This document shows, in pieces, positions 16,242 to 33,547 of a stretch of 64,000 nucleotides of DNA (positions are counted from its first letter, which is position 1; every line of letters begins with the position of its first letter). Under the pieces are notes generated by a model. That model saw nothing but the letters and a program-made list of their open reading frames with translations. It was not told the DNA's origin and searched no databases. Made by a program: the position numbers and the translations under genes. The DNA is from the human T2T-CHM13v2.0 reference genome, Homo sapiens. Location: NCBI RefSeq assembly GCF_009914755.1, contig NC_060939.1; one strand, given 5' to 3'.

Positions 16242-19167
16242 GTAGTGGCCAAGATGGCCAACTGGATGCAGCCAGGAGGAACATCTATCACCCAGTGATT
16301 GGGACATGGAGGTGACTGGCATACTCTGAGTAGACTGTCAGGGGGAAGCAGCGAGAGTGAACAGAAGCAGAATGCAGATGCTGGGATGAAGAGGGAGGAA
16401 GCTGGAAACACGGCATGGGGATACTGAGAACCAGGACTGGTTCTTGGCACCCAAAAATTCTGGGGAAGAGATGAGTTGAGGAGGCAAGGAGTGGCCTCTT
16501 CTCTCCACAGATCCCTGGAATCCTAGCAGCAGAAGACATCACAACTACCACAGACACTTATGCTAACAGGGAGAGCTGCTTAGAGGGGCGGTAGGGGCAA
16601 GACTCCAGCCTGTTGAAGCCTAGAGGATTTGGTGTGGGAACGTCTGCAGTAGAGCCTGGCAATGACTGACCATCCCCCAAGGCTCACCATGCTCCTCTAG
16701 GAGATTTTAGCCTTAGAGTGATTGTCAGACCTGGACAGGGCAAAGTGGTCTTGCCCATGAGACACAGGCAGTCCCATCTGGGCACCGCCCTGTATGCTAG
16801 CCTCTCCTGCAGCCCCAGCATGACTGCACCACTTGGAGCTCTGCCTCAGATGCCCAACCAGGGTGCCGCTGGGGCTCTTCATATGTTCTTTGTCAAGACA
16901 CTTCATCTGACCATCAGAGAGCTCCGTTAGACTGGGCCCTGTGGAAATGTACCAGCCTACCGACAACCTTCCCCAGGCACTTTGCCAGCATGCAGAAGCC
17001 CATGGCCACATACCCACATCTGTGACAGTGCACTCACATGGACAGAGCTCACCTCCCTTCCCCCCCCCACCCCACAGTGTACGTGTGAGCATGCAGACTG
17101 CTGTGCCACTGCTGCTGGCACAAGCACACCCCAATGATGCCCCCAGCTGAAAGGGAGGTACCCAGCTGTGCCATCACTGCCAGTTTGAATGTGCACACAG
17201 ACATTGGCGGCCCCATGCCCATCAACACCCTGCCACTGCAAGCGCGAGTGCAAACACAAATGCTGGAAATCCTGCCCCACCCCTGCTGGCACAAGCACAA
17301 GCAGGAAGGCCACAGTCCAGCTCCCACTGCTACGCCACCATAGCCAACATGAGTATACCCCAAAACAGTGCGGCATTTGCTGACACATACAAGTGAGCAT
17401 AGATCCCAAGGCACCACCTCGAAAAAGCACTTTAGCTGGTACCACCCATTAGAGTGTTGTGGTCAGTAGACCAGAAATACTTCAGCCCCTCCAGGAAAGC
17501 AGGTTCCTAACCTCAAGGGGCCAGAAAACAAAGCAGAGGGCTGGATACTAGCCCCCCAGAGTTACAGCACACAGCCTAGGAGTACTTAGTTGAGCTCTGG
17601 CCCCCTAAAATTTTCCAAAAATGAAGTCAGCCAACTGAGCCCACCTTATAACACAATGAAACCCCAAGGGCACCAAATAAGATTAAAAACAAAACGACCC
17701 CATCCAAAGCACAGCAACTTCAAAAACTGAAGGAACATCAGCCCACATACATGAGAAAGAATAAGATCTGTGGCAACTCAAAAAGCCAGAATGTCTTCTT
17801 ACCTCAAAAGTACCATATTAGTTCCCCGGGAATGGTTCTTAACCAGGCTGAAATGGCTGAAATGACAGACATAGAATTCAGAATATGGATAGGAACATCC
17901 ATTGTGGAGATTCAGGAGGCAGTCAAAACCCAACCCAAGTATCTAAGAAATACGATGAAACAATGCAGGAGTTAAAAAATGAAACACTCATTTTATGAAA
18001 AAAAAAATTGATCTGATAGAGCTGAAAAACTCACTTCGAGAATCTCATAACACAATCACAAATATTAACAGCAGAATTGACCAAGCTGAGGAAAGAATCT
18101 CAGGTCACAAAGACTGGTTCTCCGAATTAACTCAGTCAAACAAAATAAAGAAAAAAGAATAAAGAAAAATGACCAAAACCTCTGAGAAATATGGGATTAT
18201 GTAACAAGACCAAATCAATGATGCCATGGCATCCCTGAAAGACAAGGAGAAAAAGCATGCAAATATGGAAAATATATCTGAGGGTTATCATCCATGAAAA
18301 TTTCCCTGACCATGCTAGAAAGGCCATAATTCAACTTCAGAAAACACAGAGAACCCTGCACAATACTATACAAGATGGCCATCCCCAAAACACAGAGTCA
18401 TCAGGTTTCCCAAGGTCGAAATGAAAGAAAAAAAAATGTTAAAGGTAGCTAGAAAGAAGGCACAGATCACTTACAAAAGGAACCCCTATCAAGCTAACAG
18501 CAAACTGTTTAGCAGAAACCTTACAAGACAGAAGACACTGTAGGGGGTGGGGGGGTCTACATTCAGCATTCTTAAAGAAAAAGAAATTCCAACCAAGAAT
18601 TTCATATTGCAGAGTTGGGCGGGGTGGCTCACACCTATAATCCTAGCAACTCGGGAGGCTGAGGCAGGAGGACTGACTGAGGCCAAGAGTTGGAGTTCAG
18701 CCTTGTAATGGAGCAAGACCACGTTTCTAAAAATTAAAAAGAATTTCACATGCAGCCCAACTAAGCTTCAAAAGCAAAGGAAAAATAAGACCCTTTTCAG
18801 ACAAACAAATGCTAAGGGAATTCATTACCACAGACCTGCCTTATAAGAGGTCCTTAAGGGAGTGATAAATATGAATAGGAAAGATGGCTACCAGCCTCCA
18901 CAAAAACACACTTAACTATATAGACCACCGACACTATAAAGCAGCCAGGCAATCAAGTCTGCATAATAACCAACTAACACCATGATGACAGGATCAAATC
19001 TACACATACGAATATTAACTCTGAATGGTATAAATGTCCCAATTAAAAGGCACAGAGTGGCAAGCTGGATAAAAAAGCAAGACCCAATTACATGCTATCT
19101 TCAAGACACCCATCTCACATGCAATGACACCCATATGCTCAATGTAAAGGGATAGAGAAAAATCTAC
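16242..19167 (+). mobile_element. Older primate L1 (L1PB/late L1PA type): 5'UTR, degenerate ORF1 (ATG 17751) and start of ORF2
   Basis: ggccaagatggcc 5' motif, GC-rich UTR, ORF1-like MRKN..GNSKSQ..NQAEMAEMTDIEFRIW, ORF2 start atgatgacaggatcaaat at 18982. Confidence 0.85.
18612..18738 (+). mobile_element. FLAM (Alu monomer) inserted in L1 ORF1
   Basis: Monomeric Alu with TSD aagaatttca. Confidence 0.8.
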
Positions 19168-19332
19168 TGCTGGAGGTGATGGATACCCCAATTACTCTGA
19201 TTTGGTCATTACACATTGTATGCCTGTATCAAAACATCACATGTACACCACAATTATATTCAACTATTACATACCCATAGTAATTGAAAATTTAAAAATT
19301 AAATAAATTTTAAGATATTAAAAATAAAAAAA
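19168..19332 (+). mobile_element. L1MA-type 3' terminal fragment
   Basis: gaggtgatggataccccaattac..atcaaaacatcacatgtac followed by an A-rich tail. Confidence 0.7.
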
Positions 19333-19339
19333 ACCTTAG

Positions 19340-22235
19340 GGAAGACTAAAAATAAAAGGATACTCAAACAGTATTATGACTAAGAAAGGGCTATAACTAC
19401 AAATGAGGTAGAGACTTAAAAGATACAAGAATGCTATCAATAACTACATGAAAATATGTTTAAAACAGTATAAAAATAAATTTCTAGAAAACTCTTAACT
19501 TTGCAGAAGAGACTAAAAGGGAAATATTTAAATACATTAGTAATTATTAATAATACTAAAGGTTGTTTAAGAATCTTCCAACCAAGAAAGGACCAGGACC
19601 AGATGAATTTTCAAGGAATTTCTTTCAAAATTTCAAAGAAAAGACAATCCTGGTATTGTACAAATCTTCCAGAAAATAGAAAAAAAAGAGTTCCTAACTT
19701 ATTGTATGAGAATAATCCTGATAACCAAAGATGACGCAAAAAAGGAAAAATTATAAAACTCTATCAACTCATAAATTTATATGCAATAGTAGTGAACAGA
19801 ATATTAGCAAAGAATACATAAAAAAGATAATATACCAGTAATGAATTAGGGTTATTCCAGCTTAGCAAAAACAGTTTAATATTAGGAAATAAATATGTCA
19901 CTATACTAAAAGATTAAACAACAAATCCATAAGCCAATATTTAGAAATTAGAAAAAGAAGCTTCCTTAACTGAAAAGACTAGTTATTACACACCTAAAGC
20001 AAACATCGTTTTAAGTGAGAAAACTTTAGAATCATACTCTTTAAAATCAGGTATGAGACAGAATGCCACCACTACATGTGTTCACCATTGTACTATGGAT
20101 ATGAGCCAATGTGATTTAAAAAAAAAAAAGTAAATTTGAGTTATAAACAATGCAAATACACAATACAACCTTATTATTTGTAGTGTGATTATTTACATAG
20201 AAACCTCAATCTACAGACAAGTTACTGGAAATAAGAGTTTAACAAGAGGGCTAAATATGAGCTTGATATGCAAAATCACTTGCATTTCTATAGAGCAACA
20301 AACTAACAGGTAAAAAATACCGCCAGGGGGAATTATAAAACCTAATTTAGTAACGAATATTCTTAAAGGCCTAATTGAAATGTAATAATATGGCATTCAC
20401 AAATAAGAAGAATATCAGGAAGATGTGAATTATTTCCCAAATGATCTGATTTAAAACAATTCTCAACAGTTTTTGATAGAACTTGACAATTTAATTCTAA
20501 AATGTATAAGGATGAGTAAAAGGACAAGAAGCCACAAAAAAGATCTTGTTCTCCTGTGTAGGACAACAAGTTTCTTAAGTAAGATAACATGATAATGGAG
20601 CAGACAAACGAGGATAGGGAATCCAGAAACAGTTCATGCATGCATGAAATGTAGCATAAAACAGAGGTGACATGAGATGGTGAAAGAAGAGTCCAATAAA
20701 AGGAGCTGTAAAAAATAATTCTAAGTGGATTGAAGATTTAAATGTCAAAAACAAAACTTCAAAACACTTAATGGAAAATGCAGGTGAACCACTTTTATAA
20801 CGTAAGATAGAGAAGATTTTTGAGGTAGAACACAAAAAGTACTATCTATAAAGGACAATATTGATAAATTTGATTGTTGAAATTAATATTTTTCCTAATA
20901 GATATAAGAATATGAAAATCTAAGTTAAAAACTGTTATAGATATTTCCAATATACATAACTAATAAAAAACTAGTAACAATTTGTGAAAAAAGCCTAAAA
21001 ATAAAAAGGAAAAGTAAACAACCCAATAGAACTCAACAGAAAAGGGGCAGAACAGCCACAGACATTCTACAGAACAGAAAATACTTACCTAAAACATGAA
21101 GAAATGTTTTATGTCATTAATGATCATGCAAATAAAAATCAAGCCTATAATGAAATATCACTTTACACCTACTTGATTGGCAAATGTTAAAAACCCATAT
21201 AATGCCAAGAGTTGTGGAGAATGTAAATCTATAACTCTTATACGTCACTGGTAAGAGTGCAAATTGGTGCAACCAATTAGAAAAACAGTATAGGATCATC
21301 TCTAAAATTGAACATTTATATACCATACTACTCAGCATTCCACCCTTAGGTATATACCCAAGGAAAACTCTTATACATGTACAAGTGGTATGTATAGGAA
21401 TGTTAACACCAACACTACTTACAAATCAGAAACTTAAAAACAACATAAACACCAATCAAAAGGATAGTAAATAAATCGTGTATAATCACAAAACAGTACA
21501 GCAACCAAAACCAACAAACTAAAGCTCTTCATAGTAATTGGATGAATATAAGCATTATAATACTGAAGGAAAAAGCACAAGTCCCTAAAGATTACATACA
21601 GCAAGGTATTCTTTTTGTAAAGCAATAAACAACCAAAATAAAAGTATACATTTTAGGAATAGACCTACATTCAAAAAAATCAAAATATAAATTATGAATG
21701 GGACAAGAGGGAAGAGGATCTATCAAGCAACATTAACCAAAACTAGGTTTGCATATTAATACCAGACAAAAATAATATTCAAGGAGAAAGGCATTAAATA
21801 GGAAAGAGGAATGCTTCATATTCTTAAAAGGTAAACTTCACCAGTAAAAGAGATATAAAAAGTTATGACTGTGATGATAAATCTTTGGAATACATAAATA
21901 GCAAATATTGATTTTAAAAATACAAGGAGATGTGAAGAAATAACAATAATAGCATATTGGCATTCTTTCCATTTTGAGTAAAGGATTTAAATGAACAAAA
22001 ACCAATCGGATAAAAAAGTAAGATTTACATGATAATTAAGACATTTGATCTAATATATGTTATATATACCCAGAGAGAAAAGAGATTACTCTTAAAATGT
22101 TACAATATATTAAACTACAAAGAAAAATTAATAAACTCCTCAAAGTGGAACTTATATAAGCCATATTCTCTTACCATTATCCGATAAAAGTAAAAATTAA
22201 AAATCAAAGAATAGTCCTCATATTGGCAACATATA
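19340..22235 (+). mobile_element. Degenerate L1M ORF2/3'UTR remnants
   Basis: Recognisable ORF2 motifs (ccaggaccagatg, ttatttgtag, ggtgcaaccaattagaaaa) and strong A-skew. Confidence 0.65.
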
Positions 22236-22238
22236 CTC

Positions 22239-23945
<1,707 letters not shown>

Positions 23946-26900
23946 AAATGCCTCTTTCTTAAAAAGGAAAAAAAATGAAAATCAAACTGTCCTCAATTAA
24001 AGGAAATATGTGGCATTAAATAACATGTCTTAAAACAAGAACAAATAAAAACAAATTAATCATTCAACTGAGACGGGGTAGAGGGAAGGAGAGAGAAAGA
24101 GACTGAAAAAAGGTAAAAAGAAGAAAAATTTTAAAAACCATTAGCAAGTTTGATTAAGGCAAAAACAAAGTGTAAAATACTGAAATCAGAAAACAGAAAA
24201 CAGATTTTAATGATTTTAAAGAGGCTACTTACTATGTGTATATTTTATTAAAATAAATTAGAAAATCTAATCTAAGACAGTAATTTTCTAAAAAAATATC
24301 AATTATTGACTCAAGAACACCTGGAAAATCTTAAGAGACAATGAATATAGAAGAAACTGATATGGTAGAGAAAAGCCTCCCCCTAAAAATGGCTTCTAAA
24401 CCTGAGGGCCTAGAAGTAGCAACACCTCAGTTAATAATGAGCACTCCTTATATCTAGGTCTTGTTTTCTAAATGTTATCCTTGAAAACAAAAAAAAAAAC
24501 AGAGCTCCTTGGAGAAGTGGCTGATTCTAGGGCTAGAAAAGGAAGAATACCAGAGAAGGCTGCTGCTTACAAGATTATAAAATGCCAGTAAAGAGGTGTC
24601 CAAAAAAAACTAAACAGGGCAACATCAAAAAGACACAAAAACTAACTGAAAGAGCTCCTAATCACCAAAGCTGGAACAGTATTAGCAATAAGATAATGTA
24701 GTACTAGAATATAACTCAAAGTAAAAAAAAAAAAAGTCCATCTGATATAAAAAATGAATAAATAAATAAGAATATGGGCAAACCTTCCTTACCAGAAGAA
24801 TTCCAAAAATTTTATATAGATAGTCCTCCTCTGGAAGCTGAAACCTAATCCCTCCCACAGGTATCCCAACCCCTTGAAACCTCCTTCCAAGATATGGAAA
24901 AAAAAAATAGTCACTTCACAGTGAAGAAACATTGCAAACACTACTGTGGCAAGAAATAAGTTATAATTGTATGTATCTCTGATATGATGTGGCATAAAGG
25001 ACATTTAAACTCTATGGTATTCCCACCAAATATATATAACCCCAGGGTAATCATGAGAAAAAAAAATCTATAAATATACTTCAAGTTATCAGGCGAACCC
25101 AAATGAGAGACATTCTGCAAAATGCCTCACCCAGCACTCCTCAAAACCGATAGGGCCATGAAAAACAAGAAAAGATTGAGAAACTGTCACAAACCAGAGA
25201 GTACCAAGGGGACATAGTGACTAAATGAAATGTATAGTCCTAGATAAAATCCTGAAATAGAAAAAGAACAGTATTGGAAATACTAATGAAATCCAAATAA
25301 AGTCTGGTGTTTAGTTATATTAATGTACCACTGTTTATTAATTTTAACAAATTTAACTCATGTACCATGGTAATATAAGATATAAATAACAGGGGAAACT
25401 GTGCAAAGGGTATATAGAAATTCTACTATCTTTACAGCTTTTTTGTAAACCTAAAATTATTCTAAAATAAAGTTCACTAGAAAAGAAAAGAACATCAGGT
25501 CTAGATAGTTTATAAGTAAGTCTACCAAATCTTTAAGAAAAAGACTATGTTAGAGAAACTGCTCCAGAACACAGATAAGGCTGGAAAGAGCCCTTATTTA
25601 CTTATGTCTATTATGAACTTCATATTAAGTCCAGAAAATGAGACTAGAAAAAGTAAAACTATAGACGAAGTTCATATAGGAAAAAAGGATATGAATAAAA
25701 AACTTCTAAGTGAAATATGAACACAGTGAACCCAAAATATTATATCTTTGAAGAGGTATTTCCACTGGAATCAAAAGCAAGGGAAAAAAGAGGGCTCTTG
25801 ATCTTGTTTTCACTACTCCTTTTCAACATTGCAATGAGGTCCTAGTCAATGCAATAAAAACAAAAGCACGTATTAAAAAAGTAAAAATATTAGAAAATAC
25901 CTTACAAACTGTCACTATTTTTGGACCAAATAATTAGTAAATCAGCCAAAAAAATCCAATAGAATAAAAATGCTCAGTGGACAGACACAAAATCAATACA
26001 CAGAAATGTACAGATTTACTTTGATATAATTGGAAAAAAATTATTAAAATTAAATTATTAAAGAAATTTTCAATACTTAATTGAAGAAAACCGTAAACTT
26101 TACTCAATGACACATACACACAAATGCAAGACATGACTAGACAAACATTCAAGTCCCTGGAAGGAAAAAAATCAATATTTAAATAATGTCTGCTCTTAAG
26201 GATAATTTAATCTACAATTTTAAAACAATCTCAATCAAAATTCAAACGGTTATTTTTGAACTGAACAACTTAACTGCAAAGGCGATACACAAATTGAAAA
26301 ATAGAGAAATATGGCAATTTTGAAAAAGAATAAAGAGGAATGAACTTACTGTATTAGGAATGGAAGCAAGACGATAGAGAATAATATCTAATCAATAAAT
26401 TCTTGGAATATAAAACTGTCAAGCTATAATTCTACCCCCAGTGAAAACCCCATTTACAAACAAAAGCACAATTTTAGATAAGCAAAAATCAGATTTCCCC
26501 ACCAGGAGATTCTCACTAACCCAAATGATGGGTACAAAGAAATTTGTTCTATTGTTATTCTATGAATAGTTTACATACATCCTAGACACTCTTCTGTACA
26601 CATGATATCACCAAAACTCTTAAAAGTGTAAAAGACGTATCAAACAGATACTAAATAAATGAAACCCAGCTTATCTATATTACTGTCAAACAAAACAGAC
26701 TTTAAGAAAACTTTTTGAAGTTAGATAAAATGTCCCAATTTGTTTTATGAATGGATTATGAGCTTGATTTTAAAACCAGAAAGTGACAGCAGAAAAAAGA
26801 AAAAACTATTCACCTACTGCATTTCTTATACTAAAAAGAGTCACTTTCCATAGTAAAAGGCTGGAAATTGAGAAGATACACAATTCTAAACTTGTATGCA

Positions 26901-27187
26901 GTTAATAACATAGCCTCAAAATAAAAAGCAGCAGACAAAAATCAGCATAGATACAGAATACTGCAATGGTCAGGTTTTGTAAATGTTCCTTATACCTTAA
27001 GAGAATGTGTTTTTTCGAGTTATCCATTTGATCAAGCATATTAATTATACCAAAGAAATTAGAAAATGAGTGGAAGTGAGTAATAATGGAAATCGTTTGT
27101 ATCAAACAGGATACAGAAAAATCAGAAATTAATATTTTAAGTACTTCCATTAAGTACTGAAAGTTAATGAGCCACGTATTCACCTTA

Positions 27188-27610
<423 letters not shown>

Positions 27611-28788
27611 TCAAATAATGGACATTAACAAAATAAAAAATAAAGCGACAATAGACAAGATCAATAAAACCAAAATTCAAATTTTAGGAAATAAAAACTT
27701 TTGACAAGGATAATCATGAAAAAAATGAAATGATCAAGAAAAAATAGAATATTGCAATATTCTGTATCTATGCTGATTTTTGTCTGCTGCTTCTTTCAAT
27801 TACCGATTGAGAGGGTTACAAATTTCCCAGTATGATAGATTTATCTCTTCTTGTTGCTCTGTCAATTTTTGCTACATTTATTTTAAGGCTATGTTATTAA
27901 CAACATTACAGTTACAGGTAAAACTGAGATTGCATAAAATATCTAGAATACCCCAAAAAACTTCTGCCAAGACATTTAGAAATTTAGGGAAAAAACTAGA
28001 TCCTTTCCTAGAAAATGAAAATTTACCCAAACACACACAGTAAATCATAGAAAATTTAAATACACTGAAAGAAATGAATTGCTAATTTAAAGTAAGACCA
28101 ACCTATTTGGATGGCTGCTATTAAAAAATTGAAAATAACAAGTGTTGGCAAGGATGTGGAGAAATTGGAATCCTTGTACATTGCTGGTAGGAATGTAAAC
28201 ACCTCATTAGCTGTGGAAAATTGTAGGGCATTCCTCAAAAAATTAAACACAGAATCATCATATGATCCAGAAATCCACTTCTGGGTATATACTAAGAAAA
28301 CTGAAAGCAAGGACTCAAACAAATATTTGTATAACCCATGTTCATAGCATCATTATCTGCAATAACCAAAAGGTGAAAGAGGCCCATGTGTCTACCAACA
28401 GATGAATGGCTATACAAAATATAGTATACACAATTGAATATGATTAAATATAATGGAATATTATTCAGCCCTTTAAAAAAAGAAATTCTGATATATACAA
28501 CACGAATGAATCTTGAGAACATTACACTAAGTGAAATAAGCCAGTCACAAACATGACAAATACTGTATGATTCCACTTATATGGGGTTCATAGAGACAGA
28601 AATTAGAATAGTGATCACCAGGGTCTGGAGGGAGGAGGGAATGGAAAGTTAATGTTTAATAGGCACAGAGTTTCAGATGTTCAAGATAAAAAGAGTTCTG
28701 TGGATTAACAGTGGTGATGGTAGCATAAGAATGTGAATGAACTTAATGCCACTAAACTATAATATATACTTAAAAAGGGTTAAGACGG

Positions 28789-29338
28789 TAACTATTGCTT
28801 TGTATTTTACTTTGAAATCAGGAAGTGTAATGCCTCCAGCTTTGTTTTTTCTCAGGATTGCTGTGGCTACTCAGGTTTTTTTTTTTGTGATTCCATACAA
28901 ATTTTAGGAGGTTTTTTCTATTTCTATTAAAAATGTCATTGAAATTTTGATGGGGATTACATTGAATCTATAGATTGCTTTGGAGAGTATGGACACTTTA
29001 ACAATATTAATTCTTCCAATCCATGAACACAGGATATCTTCATTTATTTGTATCTTCTTCAGTTTCTTTCATCAGTATCTTACAGTTTTCAGTGAAAAGA
29101 CTTTTTACCTCCTTGGGTGAATTTATTCCAAAATATTCTACTTTTTGATGTGATTATGAATGAGATAATTTTATTAATTTCTTTTTCAGAAAGTTCATTG
29201 TTAGTGTATAGAAACATAACTAATTGTGGTAATCACTACATAGAGTATGCATTAATATACAAATCATTATGTTGTGTACATTGAATGTGTACAATTGAAT
29301 ATACACAATTTCTGTAAACTATACCTCAATAAAGTTGG
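28789..29338. mobile_element. Old L1 with 5' inversion, nested in an L1MB-like 3'UTR
   Basis: Minus ORF2 piece 28789 to about 29225, plus 3' end with aataaa to 29338. Degenerate TSD aaaaagggttaagacgg / aaaaatagttaagatgg (14/17). Confidence 0.7.
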
Positions 29339-30067
29339 AAAAATAGTTAAGATGGCACATTTTAAGTTATGTGTATTTTACCACAAAAAAAGACAGAAAA
29401 CAAATTTTCCCAAAAAACACATACCAGGAACTTTCCATACAATTTTATAGACACATTAAACAAAACCTTTAAGGAAGAGACAATTTCTATTTTATGCAAC
29501 ATGTTCCCAGGAATAAAAATACAACAGGAAAATCTAGTCAGTTTATATATGAAGATGATACAATCTTAAGAAAGAAAAATCATAAGATATTTTAACAACA
29601 AATTTAACTATGTACTTTTAAAATCATGACCAAATTGTTAAATATTAATATAGACAAGCTATTAATGTAACATATCACATGAATAAATTGAAAAAAGCAA
29701 TTTTGCAATTTTGCCCAAAAAATACTTTTTGCTGTAAAGGAAAAAACCAATCATAAGATGGAGAAAAAGTTCAACACAAATTAATAACGATTTATTATTT
29801 TTAAGATCTTATAAAATTAGAGAAAGGACCTTCTTTAAGATATTTATAAAAACCTATAAATTGATCAAATTAAAACTGCAAATTAGAAAGTAACAGGGTA
29901 AAACAAAGTCTTAATTTCATTCAGCTTAAAATGCCAAGTTACTAAATTAGCTACTAGTGTAACTCTAAGGTCACTTTGCACTCCGAATTTTATACCTTGA
30001 CTAACATAGCTAAAAATCTGTTAAGAGTCAACTTAATTCTTACTTCTTCTGTTTTGAGTTAATTCTA

Positions 30068-30435
<368 letters not shown>

Positions 30436-32451
30436 TTAAATATTTTTCCTTGACCTAATAAGTGGAATCTAAAAATTTTCCTTGAACTAAATGAAGATCA
30501 ATAAATCAGCCACAGATATAGAGCCACATATTCTCTGCACATCCAAGTTACAGTGTGAAAACTTAGAATATATAAATTAATAATCAGCTATATATGTGTG
30601 TGCATTATATACTGAATACACATACATTTACACACACACACACACCCCATAAAATTCTTCCCATACTATTAAGGAGAAAATCAAGTCAATGGAAGCTATG
30701 CCTTAAAAGAAAGTGTAATATGTTTTAAAATCATTTCTCAAATTGTCTTAAACTTACCAACCCTACTGAGGTATTAGATGGGAAAAAAACCAGAAGATTT
30801 ATTTTAAATTACTTCTAGTTTGTTCATTTGACTTGATTTCCTGTTGAAAGGCAAATAAGATGTTTCATAATGTGATTATAAAATGACAGTGAATACTTCT
30901 TCTACAAAGGCAAGCAAGGTAAGGAAATAAATGGGTCTATATGGAATTATCTTTTATTTCCCAGACTACCATAATTCTGGCAAACATCTTGCCACTTCTT
31001 CTTTTGATCTCAATGCCAGGCGCACCCTGGCCAAGACAGTCAGCTTACATTTCATTAAATACAGTGATGTCTTTATATTTTTGCTAATTTAAAATTTCTT
31101 TATTTTCCTAGTTTAAAATTTATTTTCTCTTCAATCACCTAATTGGCATATATTGTCCATGGAAACTAATAATGTAATTTGTAAAGTCACATATGGTTGT
31201 AAACATCCAATAAATTACAGTTAATTTAAGATCCTTCATGAAGGTCCCATTCATACCTTTCAGGAGTCAAATGAAAATTAACTATTTTTTTTTCTATAAG
31301 TATACAAGGTAACAAACAGAGCTTGTACAATGTACATGCTTTTAAAGCTAATGAATCTCACAAACATAGAAATATATTGATTTAAAATGGAAAAAAAACC
31401 TTTTAAATTCATTCTACATGCTTGCTACATGCTTGCTACTTCAAGCAACTTCTAGAAAAGATACTATCAGCTTCTTTAGATAGTGTGAAAACAGGACCAC
31501 AAAGATATCAAGTACTAAAAATAATACTTCATTGATTTATTTAGCAATGCATGTAAAAAGTTAAATTTTAGAATGTATTTAAAACTACTACCCATTTTTG
31601 ACTTTTAAAAATCACTTTTTTAATCATTTGAATTCTAAGATGAATGAGGAAACAAATCAAACATAAACTTCAAACACAGTCCATTTTGTTAAGTCTCAAG
31701 AAACAGTAGAAAAATGTCCCAGTCAAATTACAATAAAAACACAAAACAATAAAGCCTTCTTACTCAGCAGCTACCTACTATGTTTAACAGGCTTAAAACA
31801 AAATGTGTCAAAGATCAAGAGTAAGTTATCTGAGATGTTAAGTTCATAAGGTCAAAGGTACAATTTTATTAGGTCAGAGGTAATATAAATAAAATCTTAC
31901 ATGTCAAAGAAGAAAGGTCACAGACAAGGTGTATATAATATAAAGACATCATAGATGACAAGTAATAACTTTAAGTAGAACAAGTATGTTTACTATAGAT
32001 ACCCTCTACTGATTAAAAAAATGAAACTTCCATGAGAGTAGTAGAAAATAACCTTTTTATATCACATAATTCATATGCTATATTATACACTTGTTTTCAG
32101 GAAGAAGAGGCTATAACCAAGAATAACAACATGAATTAAGTTAGAACTTTAAGAAAATTTAATTCCTTCAAACTGAAACAGTACACAAAATGAACACACC
32201 AATCAAATCTCAAACCATAATGGCTAAACATAAGACTGCTATGGCTACAAAAATTAGATAATATTGCACATTTTTCTTCCGAAGTGCGTGAATCCTATTA
32301 TTTCCTTCTAACCTTTTCTCACTGAAATAAAAACATGCGAAATTTATATTTCAGTTTACATAATACCATATTCCAGAAAAATTGTTAAGTTTTTTTTGTA
32401 AATTAAATAATATTTTTAGCTGTTTTATTAATGGAAATTAATTACAAATAA

Positions 32452-32800
<349 letters not shown>

Positions 32801-33547
32801 TGAGGCAATTAAGGATTTTTTTAAAAGTAGAGTACACAAAACATGACTATAGTTCTTAACAGAAAATTCAAGTAGAAAATGGGGGTAATCATGAAAGATT
32901 TAAGTAATAAAGAACTCCATACTATTCTCTCTTAAACTACTCATACGATTTGAGTAAAAGGCAGAAAATTATTTGAGGCAAACTAGATTATTAGTTCCAT
33001 GTTCCATTTCATTTGTATTAAAAGCACTTAGAATTTACGAAGGTGAAATTGAGAGTTCTACTCCCATGATACCTTCGAGTCACTCTGTATAAACTTTTCA
33101 TTTTGATTCAACTCAATGGACATTTATAAATAACCTTAACTATATGTCAAGCATTATATCAAACATGAATATGCAAGGCTCAAACACTGGAGACTTTTAA
33201 TTATAGCTACCGTGAACTGGCTTGTACTGGACTAATCTAATGCCAAAAGTTGTACAAAATACCCAAAGCAACTATTTGAAGGGAACAAAAGCCAACATAG
33301 ACAGGACTTGAATGACTATGATGCCTAAAAAAATGCAAGCACATAAAATTAGCTGTACATTCATTCTGGATACTTCCTTCAGGGTTTATGCCAATTTTTG
33401 GCATGGGAGAACAGTGCAAGCAGACAGTACCAGTCTTAGTGAGCTGAGGAGACAGAATTTGAAGTTTAGAGCCATCAAAGTGGTTAAAACTTGAGGAGCA
33501 AAATTCTTCCAAGTTAAAAAATCACAAAAAAAGTGAGCTCAGACTGG

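Noticed and set aside
16196-17445. Cluster of overlapping ORFs in GC-rich DNA (also 34241-35496 and 49912-50792) as small genes or CpG-island promoters
   Set aside because: These are old L1 5'UTRs. They are CpG-depleted and stop-poor because of composition.
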